Source: a virus
Lineage: Duplodnaviria > Caudoviricetes
Length of the DNA stretch: 64,000 nucleotides
Virus record (IMG/VR): IMGVR_UViG_3300031998_000045
Location: 22,751 to 86,750 of that record
Reading direction: 5' to 3' (one strand)
The translations under genes were made by a program, and so were the position numbers. Under the pieces are notes generated by a model. It saw nothing but the letters and a program-made list of their open reading frames with translations, was not told where the DNA came from and did no database searches. Every line of letters starts with the position of its first letter. The stretch's first letter is position 1. This document shows positions 25,618-35,432 of this stretch, piece by piece.

Positions 25618-26955
25618 TTACATCATGAAGTTTGCAAAAGTCTTCTCACTCAAGTGAGTGTCAAGAAACTCAGCCATCTCGGGATCTTGGACAGCATATT
25701 CAAGCGCAGCTTCTCGGCTCTTCTTCCAGAGCTGCATAAACTCTTCATTGTCAAGAAGCTTGCAGATCCGCTCGCGGAACTTGTCAAGCAAGTCTACAGG
25801 ATCAGCATTCTTCCTGTTCATCCAGACTTCACACCAGCCCTCAGCATCTTTCTTCTTGACAACTTCTCTGAACTCCTGGTCGTCAGGGATTCCGTTTCCG
25901 TCATTGTCTTCCAGACCGCTGAAGAAAGTGTCAAAGCAAGAAGTCAAGATCTTCTTCTTGACAGCTGTGAACACTTCTACGATCTCTGGGTCTTTCTCAT
26001 CCATGTCATTCCACTTGTCTTTCTGCTCATGTGCAGCATCTTCTTCATCAAGAATTCTGACAGCAGACCCAGTGCTGATGTCTATCTTCTTGCCCCAAGA
26101 GAAGCAGTCACTTGTCAAGTCAAAGTTGTTCAGTCCATGGACAAGATTCATCAGTGTCTTCAAGTTGTCATTGATGACATAGACGTTTGCATGTCCGTCA
26201 TTCACCTTTGTGAAAGTCTTCTTCTTGAGCTCTTCAACTTCAACAGTCTTCTTGAACAGCTTCCCCCAGAAAGTGTCTAGAGGCTTGACAGTCTTCTCTA
26301 CGACTTCCTTCTCAATCGAGAAGTTCCGGACAGCTCGGCCGATCTGCTGCATTGCAGTCTTGTCGCAGTTTGAAGCAGTGATGACAGCATTGAAAGACTT
26401 GACATTGATGCCTTCACCGATCATCGCGACTTGGAAGACAAGCACAGGCAAGCTGTCTTCAAGCTTGTCAATGTCCATTATTGCATCATAGGCTGCCTGA
26501 GCATCTACTTTCTTCCCGTCAATCTCAGCAGACAAGTCTTTCTTGATGTTTGTCTTGTCATCAGTGACAGTCTTCATTGAGTGGATAGAGATCAAGTGGA
26601 ACTTCTTTCCAGCATTCTCCTTGAACCACTTCTTCTCACGAAGGTTTGCAACCTGGTCAATTGATCCGCAGTTCACCAAGATAGTCGGACGGAAGATCTT
26701 TCCAGACTTTTCATATACTTCCATCTCTCGGTTGTATACAGCTTTAACAGCTGCGGGCCAGTCTTCATCACTGCAGTTGACAAGGTTGAGAGACGGCCTG
26801 CAGATCCAGCCGTTGTCCATTGCAAGCTTTGGCGAGCATTTGCAGATGTTCTTCGGGTTCTTCACTGTCATCTTCTGCTGCACCCAGTCAGGAGTGCCAG
26901 ACATCATGATGACATTCTTGAACAGATGTGCTAAGTTCTTCTCAGACTTCTTCAT
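25618..26955 (-). CDS. SF2 helicase C-terminal half (motifs III-VI)
   Basis: MMSGTP (III), VAMIGEGINV (V), QQIGRAVR (VI); no Walker A/B. Confidence 0.75.
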   Translation of the reverse strand: MKKSEKNLAHLFKNVIMMSGTPDWVQQKMTVKNPKNICKCSPKLAMDNGWICRPSLNLVNCSDEDWPAAVKAVYNREMEVYEKSGKIFRPTILVNCGSIDQVANLREKKWFKENAGKKFHLISIHSMKTVTDDKTNIKKDLSAEIDGKKVDAQAAYDAIMDIDKLEDSLPVLVFQVAMIGEGINVKSFNAVITASNCDKTAMQQIGRAVRNFSIEKEVVEKTVKPLDTFWGKLFKKTVEVEELKKKTFTKVNDGHANVYVINDNLKTLMNLVHGLNNFDLTSDCFSWGKKIDISTGSAVRILDEEDAAHEQKDKWNDMDEKDPEIVEVFTAVKKKILTSCFDTFFSGLEDNDGNGIPDDQEFREVVKKKDAEGWCEVWMNRKNADPVDLLDKFRERICKLLDNEEFMQLWKKSREAALEYAVQDPEMAEFLDTHLSEKTFANFMM

Positions 26956-27011
26956 TGTGGTGTCTCCTCTCTACTGCATAGATTGTATCAAGTCTAGACA
27001 AGCTTAGCCAC

Positions 27012-27770
27012 TCAAGAAAGAGCTTCTATCTCATCAGCGGTCTCTTTGAACATCCGCCACTTAGCGCTTTCACCAGTCTTGCTGGATCCCTGGATCCGCT
27101 TTGCATCTATCCACTTCGGGCCGAGAAAGACGACAGAGCTCTTGAAGCGCTCTTCAAGCAGCTCATTTGCTGGATCTGAAGTTGCAATGATGTACTGGCA
27201 TGGGGTGCTGGTGAAGTCTTTCAAGTCATCTTCAGAGATGAGCTTGTCTCTGCGAAGCCACAAGTCAGACTGGCAGGCAGCTTTGACAAAGACTTCAGCA
27301 TCTACTTTGTTGTGCTCACTGTAGTTCTTGACTTGGATTCCAATGGGAAGTCCATTCCGCTTTGCTGTTGCATCAAAGAACTCTTCTTGAGTCGGGTCAA
27401 CTGGGCAGTAAGTTCCGGGCTTGATGAAGTCAAGAAGTCCATTCTCAGCCATCATCTCAACCAAGATCTCTCCGAGGTTGCCGCGGAACTTTGTCACAAC
27501 TCGGTCTATGGCATGCTTCCACTCACCGTCATTGTCATGGATGATCTTCGGCACAAGCTTCAAGAAGACTTTCTTGCATGCTTCATCACATGTCTTCCGC
27601 CACAGACTGACAAAAGATCCAAGCTGGCTCTCTTTCAGCTTGTCTGTGCAAGTCCTGAACACTTCTAAGTAGTCAGGCTTGAGGAACATCTTGTCTCCTC
27701 CAAGAGCAGACAAGAAGATGTGAGATGTGTTCTCATTCCGCTTCCACTCTACCAGCTGTGCAGTCTTCAT
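27012..27770 (-). CDS. Putative PD-(D/E)XK endonuclease
   Basis: GNLGEILVE...EFFDA...IGIQVKNY. Confidence 0.6.
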   Translation of the reverse strand: MKTAQLVEWKRNENTSHIFLSALGGDKMFLKPDYLEVFRTCTDKLKESQLGSFVSLWRKTCDEACKKVFLKLVPKIIHDNDGEWKHAIDRVVTKFRGNLGEILVEMMAENGLLDFIKPGTYCPVDPTQEEFFDATAKRNGLPIGIQVKNYSEHNKVDAEVFVKAACQSDLWLRRDKLISEDDLKDFTSTPCQYIIATSDPANELLEERFKSSVVFLGPKWIDAKRIQGSSKTGESAKWRMFKETADEIEALS

Positions 27771-28312
27771 GCAATCCCCCTTCCAAGGACTTTCTCAACA
27801 GAAGATGTGTAGTTGTGTGCTTCATCAAGCACAACATTGCCGAGCAGCCATCCTCTGCCTTGGATCTTGTGCAGAAACTTCATCCATCTGCGCCATCTCA
27901 GCTCAGTGCCGTCCTGCTCAGTCCCCCAGAGAGACTCATCACAGACAACTGCAACTGCATGCTGAGAGCTGAAAGTCCTTGCTCTCAAGTCCATGTCATG
28001 CTGTGTGCAGTCTTTTCGCATGATGTCATAGTCTCTGCCGTCTTCTAAGCCAAGCTCTTCTTTCAGATATGCACGGATCTCATCTGCCTGCTGTGCACAT
28101 AGACGGATGCGCGGTGTCACAAACATCTGGAAAGTCTTCTTGTCTCGGTTCTTCTTGATGAAGTCTCCAAGCGCGTAAGAAGCGAGATCAGTCTTTCCAG
28201 ACCCGACACATGCATTCACAGGTATGACATTGTGCATGTCATTCGAGTTGCATGCTTCTACAACTTTGACTCCCTCTTCTTGCCAGCTTCTCTTTGTCTT
28301 GCTCATAGACAA
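27767..28312 (-). CDS. SF2 helicase N-terminal half (motifs I-II)
   Basis: ACVGSGKT Walker A, VTPRIRL (Ia), VLDEAH; stops 16 codons after DEAH. Confidence 0.8.
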   Translation of the reverse strand: MSMSKTKRSWQEEGVKVVEACNSNDMHNVIPVNACVGSGKTDLASYALGDFIKKNRDKKTFQMFVTPRIRLCAQQADEIRAYLKEELGLEDGRDYDIMRKDCTQHDMDLRARTFSSQHAVAVVCDESLWGTEQDGTELRWRRWMKFLHKIQGRGWLLGNVVLDEAHNYTSSVEKVLGRGIA

Positions 28313-28456
28313 TTCTCCTTTGCATTATAGATTCTACCAAAAGACAGTCTCTTCAGCCATTTAAAAACGCGCTTTATATAGGGAATTTTAATTGTAGACT
28401 TTCGACTAGTCGAGTGGCTGCCATTTCAAGCTTTGATATAGGTAAATAACTTCATT

Positions 28457-29377
28457 ATGGCAATAAGACGAATATCAGATCTAGGCAATCTGTCAGCTGA
28501 CATAGCAGAACCAGTGCTCAGCAACTGCTTGCTTGAGGTGTCCTATCCAAAGGGCAATGAGCAGTATGTTGACAGCAACACTCAGTGGCAGTCTTACTAT
28601 GTCAATGCGCAGTATCTCAGTGAGAACATGCCAATGCCTACCGCAACTTCTAGCCATCCAGGCACAGTCATAATAGGTGACAACATCAATGTAGACTCAA
28701 ATGGACGGATCTCAGTGCTGTCAGCCAACTATGACAGATGGGGCGTGGTGAAGATGCCAGCTCCAAGAAGCGGCGGCAGAGTCGGTGTCCTTGGTGTAGA
28801 TGAGAACGGACGTCTTGTAGACAACACTGAGCAATATCAAAGCTCTTAGACAACAGAGACCAGCTTTGATCTGCAGACGGTGTTTGACATGATCTACCCC
28901 GTTGGATCAGTGTATGTCTCAATGCTTGGCACTCCACCGCCGTTTGCTGACAACTACATCGGACTTGTGAACTGCACTTGGAAGCAGATTGACAAAGACT
29001 GCACTTTGTGGTCTACAGCTTCAGCCGATCTTCCAGCGAGCATCAGCCCTAGCACAGATCCAACAGTGTCTAGCAACTATGTCTCTGAGACTCTTCCAAA
29101 GCTTCCGGACATCCAATGTGAGATAAGCGGCAGCCATGTGCACAGAGCACCGTTCCCTGACTGGGACAAATGCGGCAGCCACACTCAGTATTCATGGGCA
29201 GGACGGCCTACATACAGTCCAATGGGAATACAAGACTTGTCAAGCTTGAACACTAAGTCTGCTGGAGCTCATGGGCACAAAGTGAGCTACAAGTCGGCTG
29301 TTCCAGAAGCTTACCAAGATGAAGCTAGTGTCCGTCCACGCGGCTTCAAATGCTCAATGTGGGTGAGAGTTGCATGA
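28457..29377 (+). CDS. Putative baseplate/tail-associated structural protein, 306 aa (two track ORFs joined through TAG)
   Basis: TAG at 28847 is followed by 10 sense codons in frame into ORF 28880; IYPVGSVYVS motif typical of phage baseplate/fibre C-terminal domains; GTAAATA upstream. Confidence 0.75.
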
Positions 29378-29580
29378 CAGACTTCCTTGACATGTGCTTC
29401 TGTGTCTCATCCGGAGCCACCCTAGCAGTTCTCGCAGTCAGTGCTCTGCTGCTCAAGAAGACTTCTCTGCTGTCTGCAGATGAATGCTTCAGAGGCTGCG
29501 TGAAGCTCTTCCTCGGAACTGCTAGTCTGGCAGTCATATTCCGGATACTCAGCCAGCTAGCTGCAGAGCGCTTTCAATGA
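29374..29580 (+). CDS. Small two-TM membrane protein
   Basis: ATG overlaps upstream TGA; two hydrophobic stretches. Confidence 0.5.
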   Translation: MTDFLDMCFCVSSGATLAVLAVSALLLKKTSLLSADECFRGCVKLFLGTASLAVIFRILSQLAAERFQ

Positions 29581-30061
29581 TGTCTGCAACCTTCTGCTTT
29601 GCTCTCAGCATTCTGCAGCAAGTGATGTCTACCCAGCCAGCGGAAGGGACTGCATACAGCTCTCGCATCTGCTGGAGATCACTCAGCACTGAGTCAAATG
29701 TCTTAGCAAAGTCTTCAAGCGCATTATGAGATTCTTCATCCAGAGACTTCTCTACCGGCTTCTCAGCTGGGCTCTCAAATAAGTCCATCTGCTGGGGCTT
29801 GCGCTGCTCAGCCTTGATGAGAGCTTCAGCATAAGCAGCGCCTTTGTCTGTGAGGACATAGACACCGCCTCTTACAGGGCAATTGTCAAGCTTTCTGAGA
29901 TAGCCGTCTTTGTAGAGATTGTAGAAAGCATCTCTAAGAGAGGCTGCTGAAGCAAAGCCTGTCTTGGCTAGTCCTCCGTCTTGAAGCAGAGATCTCATGC
30001 TTGGCGCTGTGCCGCAGTTGTCCCAGGCGATCAGGACGAGAAGCTTGTCTTTCTTAGTCAT
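29549..30061 (-). CDS. Putative winged-helix protein
   Basis: LRDAFYNLYKDGYL...YVLTDKG. Confidence 0.55.
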   Translation of the reverse strand: MTKKDKLLVLIAWDNCGTAPSMRSLLQDGGLAKTGFASAASLRDAFYNLYKDGYLRKLDNCPVRGGVYVLTDKGAAYAEALIKAEQRKPQQMDLFESPAEKPVEKSLDEESHNALEDFAKTFDSVLSDLQQMRELYAVPSAGWVDITCCRMLRAKQKVADIIESALQLAG

Positions 30062-30162
30062 TGTATTTTCTCCTTTAGCTGATTGACATGATAGATAATA
30101 TCAAAAGTCTGCCTGCATAGCCACTTAGCTTCTGCAGACAGACCTCTAGTCATCCATATTTG

Positions 30163-30648
30163 TCAGACAAGCTCAGCAATCTCAGCAAGATGAGCATTCA
30201 CAGCTTCTTTGACTTGATTCACCTTGCCAATGATTTCAGTCCATTCTTTGCTGTAGTTCATCTTCCACACAAGTCTGTTCCTGTATCTGCCCTCGTATCG
30301 CTTAGAGTCTTTCTTAGTCGGCGGATGCAAGTCAAGACCAGCCTTGCGCATGATAGATGCAAATGCCTTGAGATCTACCTCAGCTGGATTGTTGTGGTTC
30401 CCTCGAATGAAAATAGATCCAATGAATGCTGCTTCATCTGGCTCTAGTCTGAAGTCACAGTCAAGTCCAACTCTCACTGACTTGCCCTTGCTGTTCTTGA
30501 CCGGATTGGTGTTTGCATAAGAAGAAATCTCTGGATTGAACTTCTTTTCTCGCTTCCATCCTGGAACAGATGCAAGCTTAGTGTAGTCCATGAGCTTACG
30601 CACGCAGCTGTTGACAATGTCATTTTTAACACTGTTGTCGGATGCCAT
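30163..30648 (-). CDS. Hypothetical protein
   Basis: Track ORF with RBS. Confidence 0.7.
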   Translation of the reverse strand: MASDNSVKNDIVNSCVRKLMDYTKLASVPGWKREKKFNPEISSYANTNPVKNSKGKSVRVGLDCDFRLEPDEAAFIGSIFIRGNHNNPAEVDLKAFASIMRKAGLDLHPPTKKDSKRYEGRYRNRLVWKMNYSKEWTEIIGKVNQVKEAVNAHLAEIAELV

Positions 30649-30708
30649 TGTATGCCTTCTTTCTCTTTAGTTTGTTGAAGTTGAAATGCCAGTCTAGACT
30701 ATGTCTCA

Positions 30709-31176
30709 TCACTTCAGAGCTGCCAGCAGCTTGGCTACCTGCTCAATTGCTTCCTGGCACTTTGCAATAGCTTCCTGGACCTGCTGCTCCCAGCCATTCG
30801 CCGGCGTCTCAGACTCAGCTGACGGCTCTTCCTCAGGCTCTTCCTCGTCAAGCTCAGCTTCGGCCTTGAGGGCTTCATTCAGCTTGTCTGAAAGACCAGG
30901 GGTGAGAATCCCGCCCTCATACACCATGCGCTTGGCTGTCTCAAGGTCGGTGATGATGATGGTGCCGTCCAGGCCGTCATAGTCAATGTAGCCATGCTTG
31001 GCCAGATAGTAGAAGCCGTTGAGCACACGCTTGCGCCATTCATGAGAGTAGTACGCCTTGATGAATGGCTCCGGATTGACGAAGAGCTGCTCGCCGTCGG
31101 ATTCGGCAGCTTCGGTGAGGTTGGCCAGCAGGTTGCCGGCGAAGGAGGTGGACATGAGCTTGGTGTTCGTGTTCAT
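30709..31176 (-). CDS. Hypothetical protein, possible winged helix + acidic tail
   Basis: NGFYYLAKHGYIDY...; GC-rich cassette. Confidence 0.6.
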   Translation of the reverse strand: MNTNTKLMSTSFAGNLLANLTEAAESDGEQLFVNPEPFIKAYYSHEWRKRVLNGFYYLAKHGYIDYDGLDGTIIITDLETAKRMVYEGGILTPGLSDKLNEALKAEAELDEEEPEEEPSAESETPANGWEQQVQEAIAKCQEAIEQVAKLLAALK

Positions 31177-31224
31177 TTTTTCTCGCTTTCTGTTGGTTGG
31201 TTGATAAGTTAGATTGTACTTGGA

Positions 31225-31554
31225 TCAGGCAAGGTCGCCCTCCATCTTAGCCTGGAGGAGGAACGCCTTGCCTTTGGGGGTTGCACGCCAGAAGCACTGG
31301 CGGCCTTCACGCCGGAAGGTTGCCAAGCCGTAAGCCGTGAGGGTTGCGAATTCGCCGTTGTGGCGTGGATTGTGGTGGCTCTCAGATATGCCGCCATGTG
31401 TTATCGCCAGGATGTCCCAGCGCCTCAGGCCCGGGAAGTTGACCAGAGCCTCGAGGATGCGCATGTACTTGGGCATCTTCTGAGCGTGGGCGAACGTGAT
31501 TGCCTTGGTGGTGCTGTTGCCGCCGCGGCCGTGGATGAGGGTTGGCTTCTTCAT
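31225..31554 (-). CDS. Putative winged-helix protein
   Basis: RILEAL...FATLTAYGL...WRATPKGKAFL; AAAGGAG RBS. Confidence 0.55.
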   Translation of the reverse strand: MKKPTLIHGRGGNSTTKAITFAHAQKMPKYMRILEALVNFPGLRRWDILAITHGGISESHHNPRHNGEFATLTAYGLATFRREGRQCFWRATPKGKAFLLQAKMEGDLA

Positions 31555-31585
31555 TTGGACTCCTTTGGTTGGTGGTTGGGTTGGT

Positions 31586-31870
31586 TTAGACAGACACCTT
31601 GAAGGGCATCCGGCGGAGGCGTGAATTGTCATGCCACTGCTTTGGCCTCAAGTGGACCTCATGGTAGCCCGTGTGGTCCAGGCCGTTGCCGTCAAGGCGG
31701 TTCTTGTATCCAGCGTGGTCCCTTGTGCCCGCCGGGTTGAGGGTCATGCCCGACCTGAACTCAGGCATTTCCTGAGGCTTGGTCCCGAAGAGCTGCTCAA
31801 GGACTTGGGCCTTGACCTCATCTGAGGTCTTGTGGATAGCTTCAGGACATTCATGGACGATTGACTTCAT
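31586..31870 (-). CDS. Hypothetical protein, paralog of 36624-36908
   Basis: IVHECPEA...GTRDHAGYKNRLDGN...RRMPFKV shared. Confidence 0.75.
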   Translation of the reverse strand: MKSIVHECPEAIHKTSDEVKAQVLEQLFGTKPQEMPEFRSGMTLNPAGTRDHAGYKNRLDGNGLDHTGYHEVHLRPKQWHDNSRLRRMPFKVSV

Positions 31871-31950
31871 TTGGTCCTTTCGTTGGTTGGGTGGTTAGTT
31901 GGCGGTTGGGAACCACCCCACAAGGGATTGTGAGGGTGGCCCCAGATTGC

Positions 31951-32436
31951 TTAGGCCATCTTGGTGACCTTGGTGATTCCCTCAATTCCGTAGGTCCTCC
32001 AGGTGACAGGCGAGGTGGAGGGGGCGGCCTTTGGGAGGTAGTTGGTCTTGAGGTCCTCGACCTCCGCCTGAGTGGCGAGGCGGCCGTCGATGTAGTACTC
32101 GGTGTGCTGGTCCTCAAAGGCGGACAAGGCTGCGTAGAATTTACCAGGGGTTCTATCGGCCTCCATGAGCCAGGAGGACCCGTCCACGTAGTGCTTTCCG
32201 GAGGGTGCCTGTGCCACAAAGTCCTTGGCCAGGCCTTGGCTTTCCAGAACCTTGTTCACCTCATCCTGGTAGCATGCGCCCGCGACGGCCGTGAAGGTCG
32301 ACCTCTTTTCCACAGAGAAGGTGGTCGGTGCCTTCGTCGTGCGGTTCTTCTTCGTCAGTCCCGGAGTCGTCCTCACCTCGAAGGCGTAACGAGCAGGAGT
32401 TGCCGTGATAGCGTTCGTGATTTCGGTCTTCGTCAT
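31951..32436 (-). CDS. Hypothetical protein
   Basis: Track ORF, GGAGA RBS, CCAACC leader. Confidence 0.7.
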   Translation of the reverse strand: MTKTEITNAITATPARYAFEVRTTPGLTKKNRTTKAPTTFSVEKRSTFTAVAGACYQDEVNKVLESQGLAKDFVAQAPSGKHYVDGSSWLMEADRTPGKFYAALSAFEDQHTEYYIDGRLATQAEVEDLKTNYLPKAAPSTSPVTWRTYGIEGITKVTKMA

Positions 32437-32633
32437 TTTTCTCTCCGTGTGGTTGGTGTGGTTGGTTTATGGGTTGCACCACCAGGTGCCGCCCGAAATT
32501 GATCATATCAAACTGGATGAATTTCAGCCACTTAAGATTTAATATTTTTTTTCGAGCCATTGAGTGGCTGATTTTTTAGATGTTTTATTGTCCCTCACAT
32601 TGTTGATCATATCAAATTGGAGGAACTCTAGCC

Positions 32634-32690
32634 ATTTAAAAATTAAATTTAATTAAATTAAATTTAATTTTTAATTTTTTATTTTTAATT
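32634..32690. other. 57-nt pure A/T tract within a cluster of converging promoter boxes
   Basis: Positions 32634-32690 contain only A and T. Confidence 0.8.
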
Positions 32691-33067
32691 GATCTCCATT
32701 GTCCCTCGCATTATAGATCATATCAAAAATCATTGACTTCAGCCATTTAAAAGATAAAAATATTATTTTTTATGAAAATAATATTTTAAATGGCTGAAAA
32801 AAAATTTGATATAATCACGAGCCGCCGCCCATTATACCAAAAATTCGCGCGGCGGTCATTTAAAAAATAATTTTTTTTAATAAAAACCCCTATATAAGAA
32901 AAGGCGCCGCGTCTAGCCATTTAAAAATAAAAATATTTTAAATATGTTCAAATATGCTCCACATCAACTGGAACACTCAGACACACAGCAGCCATAGATG
33001 GCTTGCTATGCATCTAAGCAGTCCCAGCTTCGCAGCTGTCATGCAGCAGTGGTTGAAGCAAATCTGC

Positions 33068-33301
33068 TCATTCATCCTTCTCATCATAGATGACTGTCTC
33101 GTCCCAGACACCCTCTGGGCAGCCGTAGTCCTCATTGTCCGAGCAGGCAATCCAGACTGCAGTTGTGTCTCCGTCATCATTCCGCTGCTCACAAATGTTC
33201 ATTATCCTGCCGACCATTGGATACCGCGGCTGCAGCCCAAGCTTCACAGGTGTGTCATCTGGCACTTCACTGAGTGCTTCAATCAATTCTCCGACTGTCA
33301 T
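33068..33301 (-). CDS. Small hypothetical protein (MTVGELIEAL)
   Basis: AGGAGA RBS. Confidence 0.65.
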   Translation of the reverse strand: MTVGELIEALSEVPDDTPVKLGLQPRYPMVGRIMNICEQRNDDGDTTAVWIACSDNEDYGCPEGVWDETVIYDEKDE

Positions 33302-33387
33302 TTCTCTTCTCCTTTGTGGTTTTTGGTTAATGGGCTTTCCATGCCCTTGCACGATAGACAATATCAAAGCATTTGCCGTTTAGCCAC

Positions 33388-33717
33388 TTAATGCAAAAGA
33401 CTTTTCAAATGCTCAAGCGGCCAAGCTTGACAATGCTAGCTTGCTTGAGAACGTGTGCAGAAGTGGCATACATGGTACTTCATCCAGTAGTCTTGTCCAA
33501 ATCGCTCTCTGCCAATGCGCTCAAGCTCCCGCATCCTCTTCCTGAACTCAGGCGACACTTCCCATTCTTCGAACTCAGAATATGGGACATTATGTCTTGC
33601 TACTTCAAGCACTCGGAGATCATTGTCAAGGAACTTGTAGCCAGATTCATCAAGCTCGCCGGCTGATATCATGCAGTCAACGAGAAAATCTTCTTTTTTG
33701 TCTACGACTTGCTTCAT
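33388..33717 (-). CDS. Hypothetical protein with Cys/His tail, one in-frame TAG
   Basis: Readthrough of TAG 33436 gives CHFCTRSQAS*HCQAW and ends at TAA exactly inside the next promoter box, like neighbouring cassettes. Confidence 0.7.
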
Positions 33718-33776
33718 TGTCTCTCCTTAGCGTGTTGACATCATAGATCATATCAAAAGTCTACAGCTTCAGCCAC

Positions 33777-34130
33777 TTAGAAGGACGGATTCTGGTACGA
33801 GTAGCAGGGACCGAACCGCCAGTCCATCGTCTCTCGCGTCCGCAGCCCGTCAGCATCCAGCTTCCACCACCGTCCACGCCACGCGACATACCTCATCTCA
33901 GTCGGATGCTCCGGGTCGAAGGGATCTGGAGTCAAGCTGCCGTCCTCCCAGCACTTCGTGAAGTGCTCCTGTGGACGGTAGACGCCGATCGTCTTCTCGT
34001 CCTTGTTGACTTCAGACACGTAGTACCCGTACGTGTCACTGCCGCAGTGGTGCATAGCGCCTGTCCCGACCTGCACTGACTCAAACATCTCGTCGAGCGT
34101 GCGGATGTGCTTCTTAGTCTTCTTTGCCAT
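33777..34130 (-). CDS. Hypothetical protein
   Basis: MAKKTKK start after RBS; stop in promoter box. Confidence 0.7.
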   Translation of the reverse strand: MAKKTKKHIRTLDEMFESVQVGTGAMHHCGSDTYGYYVSEVNKDEKTIGVYRPQEHFTKCWEDGSLTPDPFDPEHPTEMRYVAWRGRWWKLDADGLRTRETMDWRFGPCYSYQNPSF

Positions 34131-34374
34131 CTCTTCTCTCTCCTCTCGCTGTAGATCATACCAAAGTCTGAGCAGCATAGCCACTTAGCTTCAAGACTTT
34201 CTCATGTGCGTGCTTGTCATGCTTCAGCTCATTGACAACAGCTACTACCACTGTAAGCACAAGTCCGACAAAGGCAACTGATCCAATCACTGCTTCTACC
34301 ATCTTCTTCTCTCCTTCCGCTATAGATCATATCAAAAGTCTATGATCTCAGCCACTTGAGAAATCCGTTTTTTC

Positions 34375-34542
34375 TCAGCATTCTTCTACACTGACAATGT
34401 GACTGTACCCTGGACATTCTGACATTGCAGTCCTAGCAGCCTCTTCGCGGCTGTCCGCTTGGACAACTACACTAGAAATCGGTCCAGTCCACTGTCCGAG
34501 GGACTGAGATGACGGCTTGCACAAGACAACTTTGTACTTCAT
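34375..34542 (-). CDS. Small hypothetical protein
   Basis: MKYKVVL after GAGGAGA. Confidence 0.6.
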   Translation of the reverse strand: MKYKVVLCKPSSQSLGQWTGPISSVVVQADSREEAARTAMSECPGYSHIVSVEEC

Positions 34543-34747
34543 CTTGTCTCCTCTCATTCAATGTCTACAATGTACTCCCCTACGAGCAGCAGCTCTTCAG
34601 AGATCTTGTCTGCTTCTTTGAAAGTAGCGTCTTTGATAGTCACTTTCCGAGTGCTTCCGTCCAGACGGCGGAACACCACTGTCCAGTCTTTAGAAATGTC
34701 TTCAGTCATGGTCTAAGTCTCCAGATGAGATTATATTGTCTGTAGAC

Positions 34748-34912
34748 TTATCGCAGCTTGACAACCGACTCTACCACATACCACCCTTCCAGTCCGAACG
34801 TCTTCACGGCTTCAACAGCAGCCTCGCTTTTTGTGAACCCGCTGAAGACACAGGATTTGCTTTCATCCGTATATGGGTTGACAAGTGTGACATAGTAAGA
34901 ATTTCTCTTCAT
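34748..34912 (-). CDS. Small protein, tandem paralog of 34991-35152
   Basis: MKRNSYYVTLVNP...AAVEAVKTFGLEGWYVVESV; own promoter. Confidence 0.7.
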   Translation of the reverse strand: MKRNSYYVTLVNPYTDESKSCVFSGFTKSEAAVEAVKTFGLEGWYVVESVVKLR

Positions 34913-34990
34913 CTTCTTCTCTCCTTTGCGAGATAGATCATATCAAAAGTCTGCAGCTTCAGCCACTTAAACCATGTCTATAAGCTTGCT

Positions 34991-35152
34991 TCAAAGCATA
35001 GTCACAGACTTCACCACATAGAAGCCTTCCGGGCCATATTCGTCTACAGCTTCAATTGCTGCAGTCCGAGCATCACTTGCAACATAGGCAACTGTCTTTC
35101 TAGCTCTGCTGACAGGATCGACCAAGACAATGCAGTAAGTGTTGAACTTCAT
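34991..35152 (-). CDS. Small protein, tandem paralog of 34748-34912
   Basis: MKFNTYCIVLVDP...AAIEAVDEYGPEGFYVVKSV; own promoter. Confidence 0.7.
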   Translation of the reverse strand: MKFNTYCIVLVDPVSRARKTVAYVASDARTAAIEAVDEYGPEGFYVVKSVTML

Positions 35153-35221
35153 AGCTTCTCTCCTTTGCGAGATAGATCATATCAAAAGTCTATGATCTCA
35201 GCCATTTGAAAAGACAAAAAA

Positions 35222-35289
35222 AGTCCAGCCGTCCACTGGAGGAAAGAGTTCCACTGGACGGCTGGACTGCCATCACCCAACCACGGGAG
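35222..35289. repeat. Hairpin element copy 1 (AGTCCAGCCG...CGGCTGGACT + CCCAACCACGGGAG)
   Basis: Second copy at 35983-36069 with conserved GAGGA(A/G)AGAGTTCCACTG interior. Confidence 0.7.
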
Positions 35290-35432
35290 AATCAACCACA
35301 GAAAGTCTACGATCTAAGCACTAGCCACCCTCCGACTACTGCTGCAATGATCTGCAGAGCAATTGCCGCAAATGCACATGCCACTTTAATGTCAATCATG
35401 TCCATTGTCTGTCCTTTCAAAAGTCTACAATC

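Noticed and set aside
32261-32560. Track ORF MARKKILNLKWL...
   Set aside because: Runs through a promoter box and overlaps the real gene 31951-32436 in another frame.
32979-32991. AGACACACAGCAG on the plus strand, resembling the E-element head
   Set aside because: No matching closing strand and opposite orientation to the other copies; likely chance.
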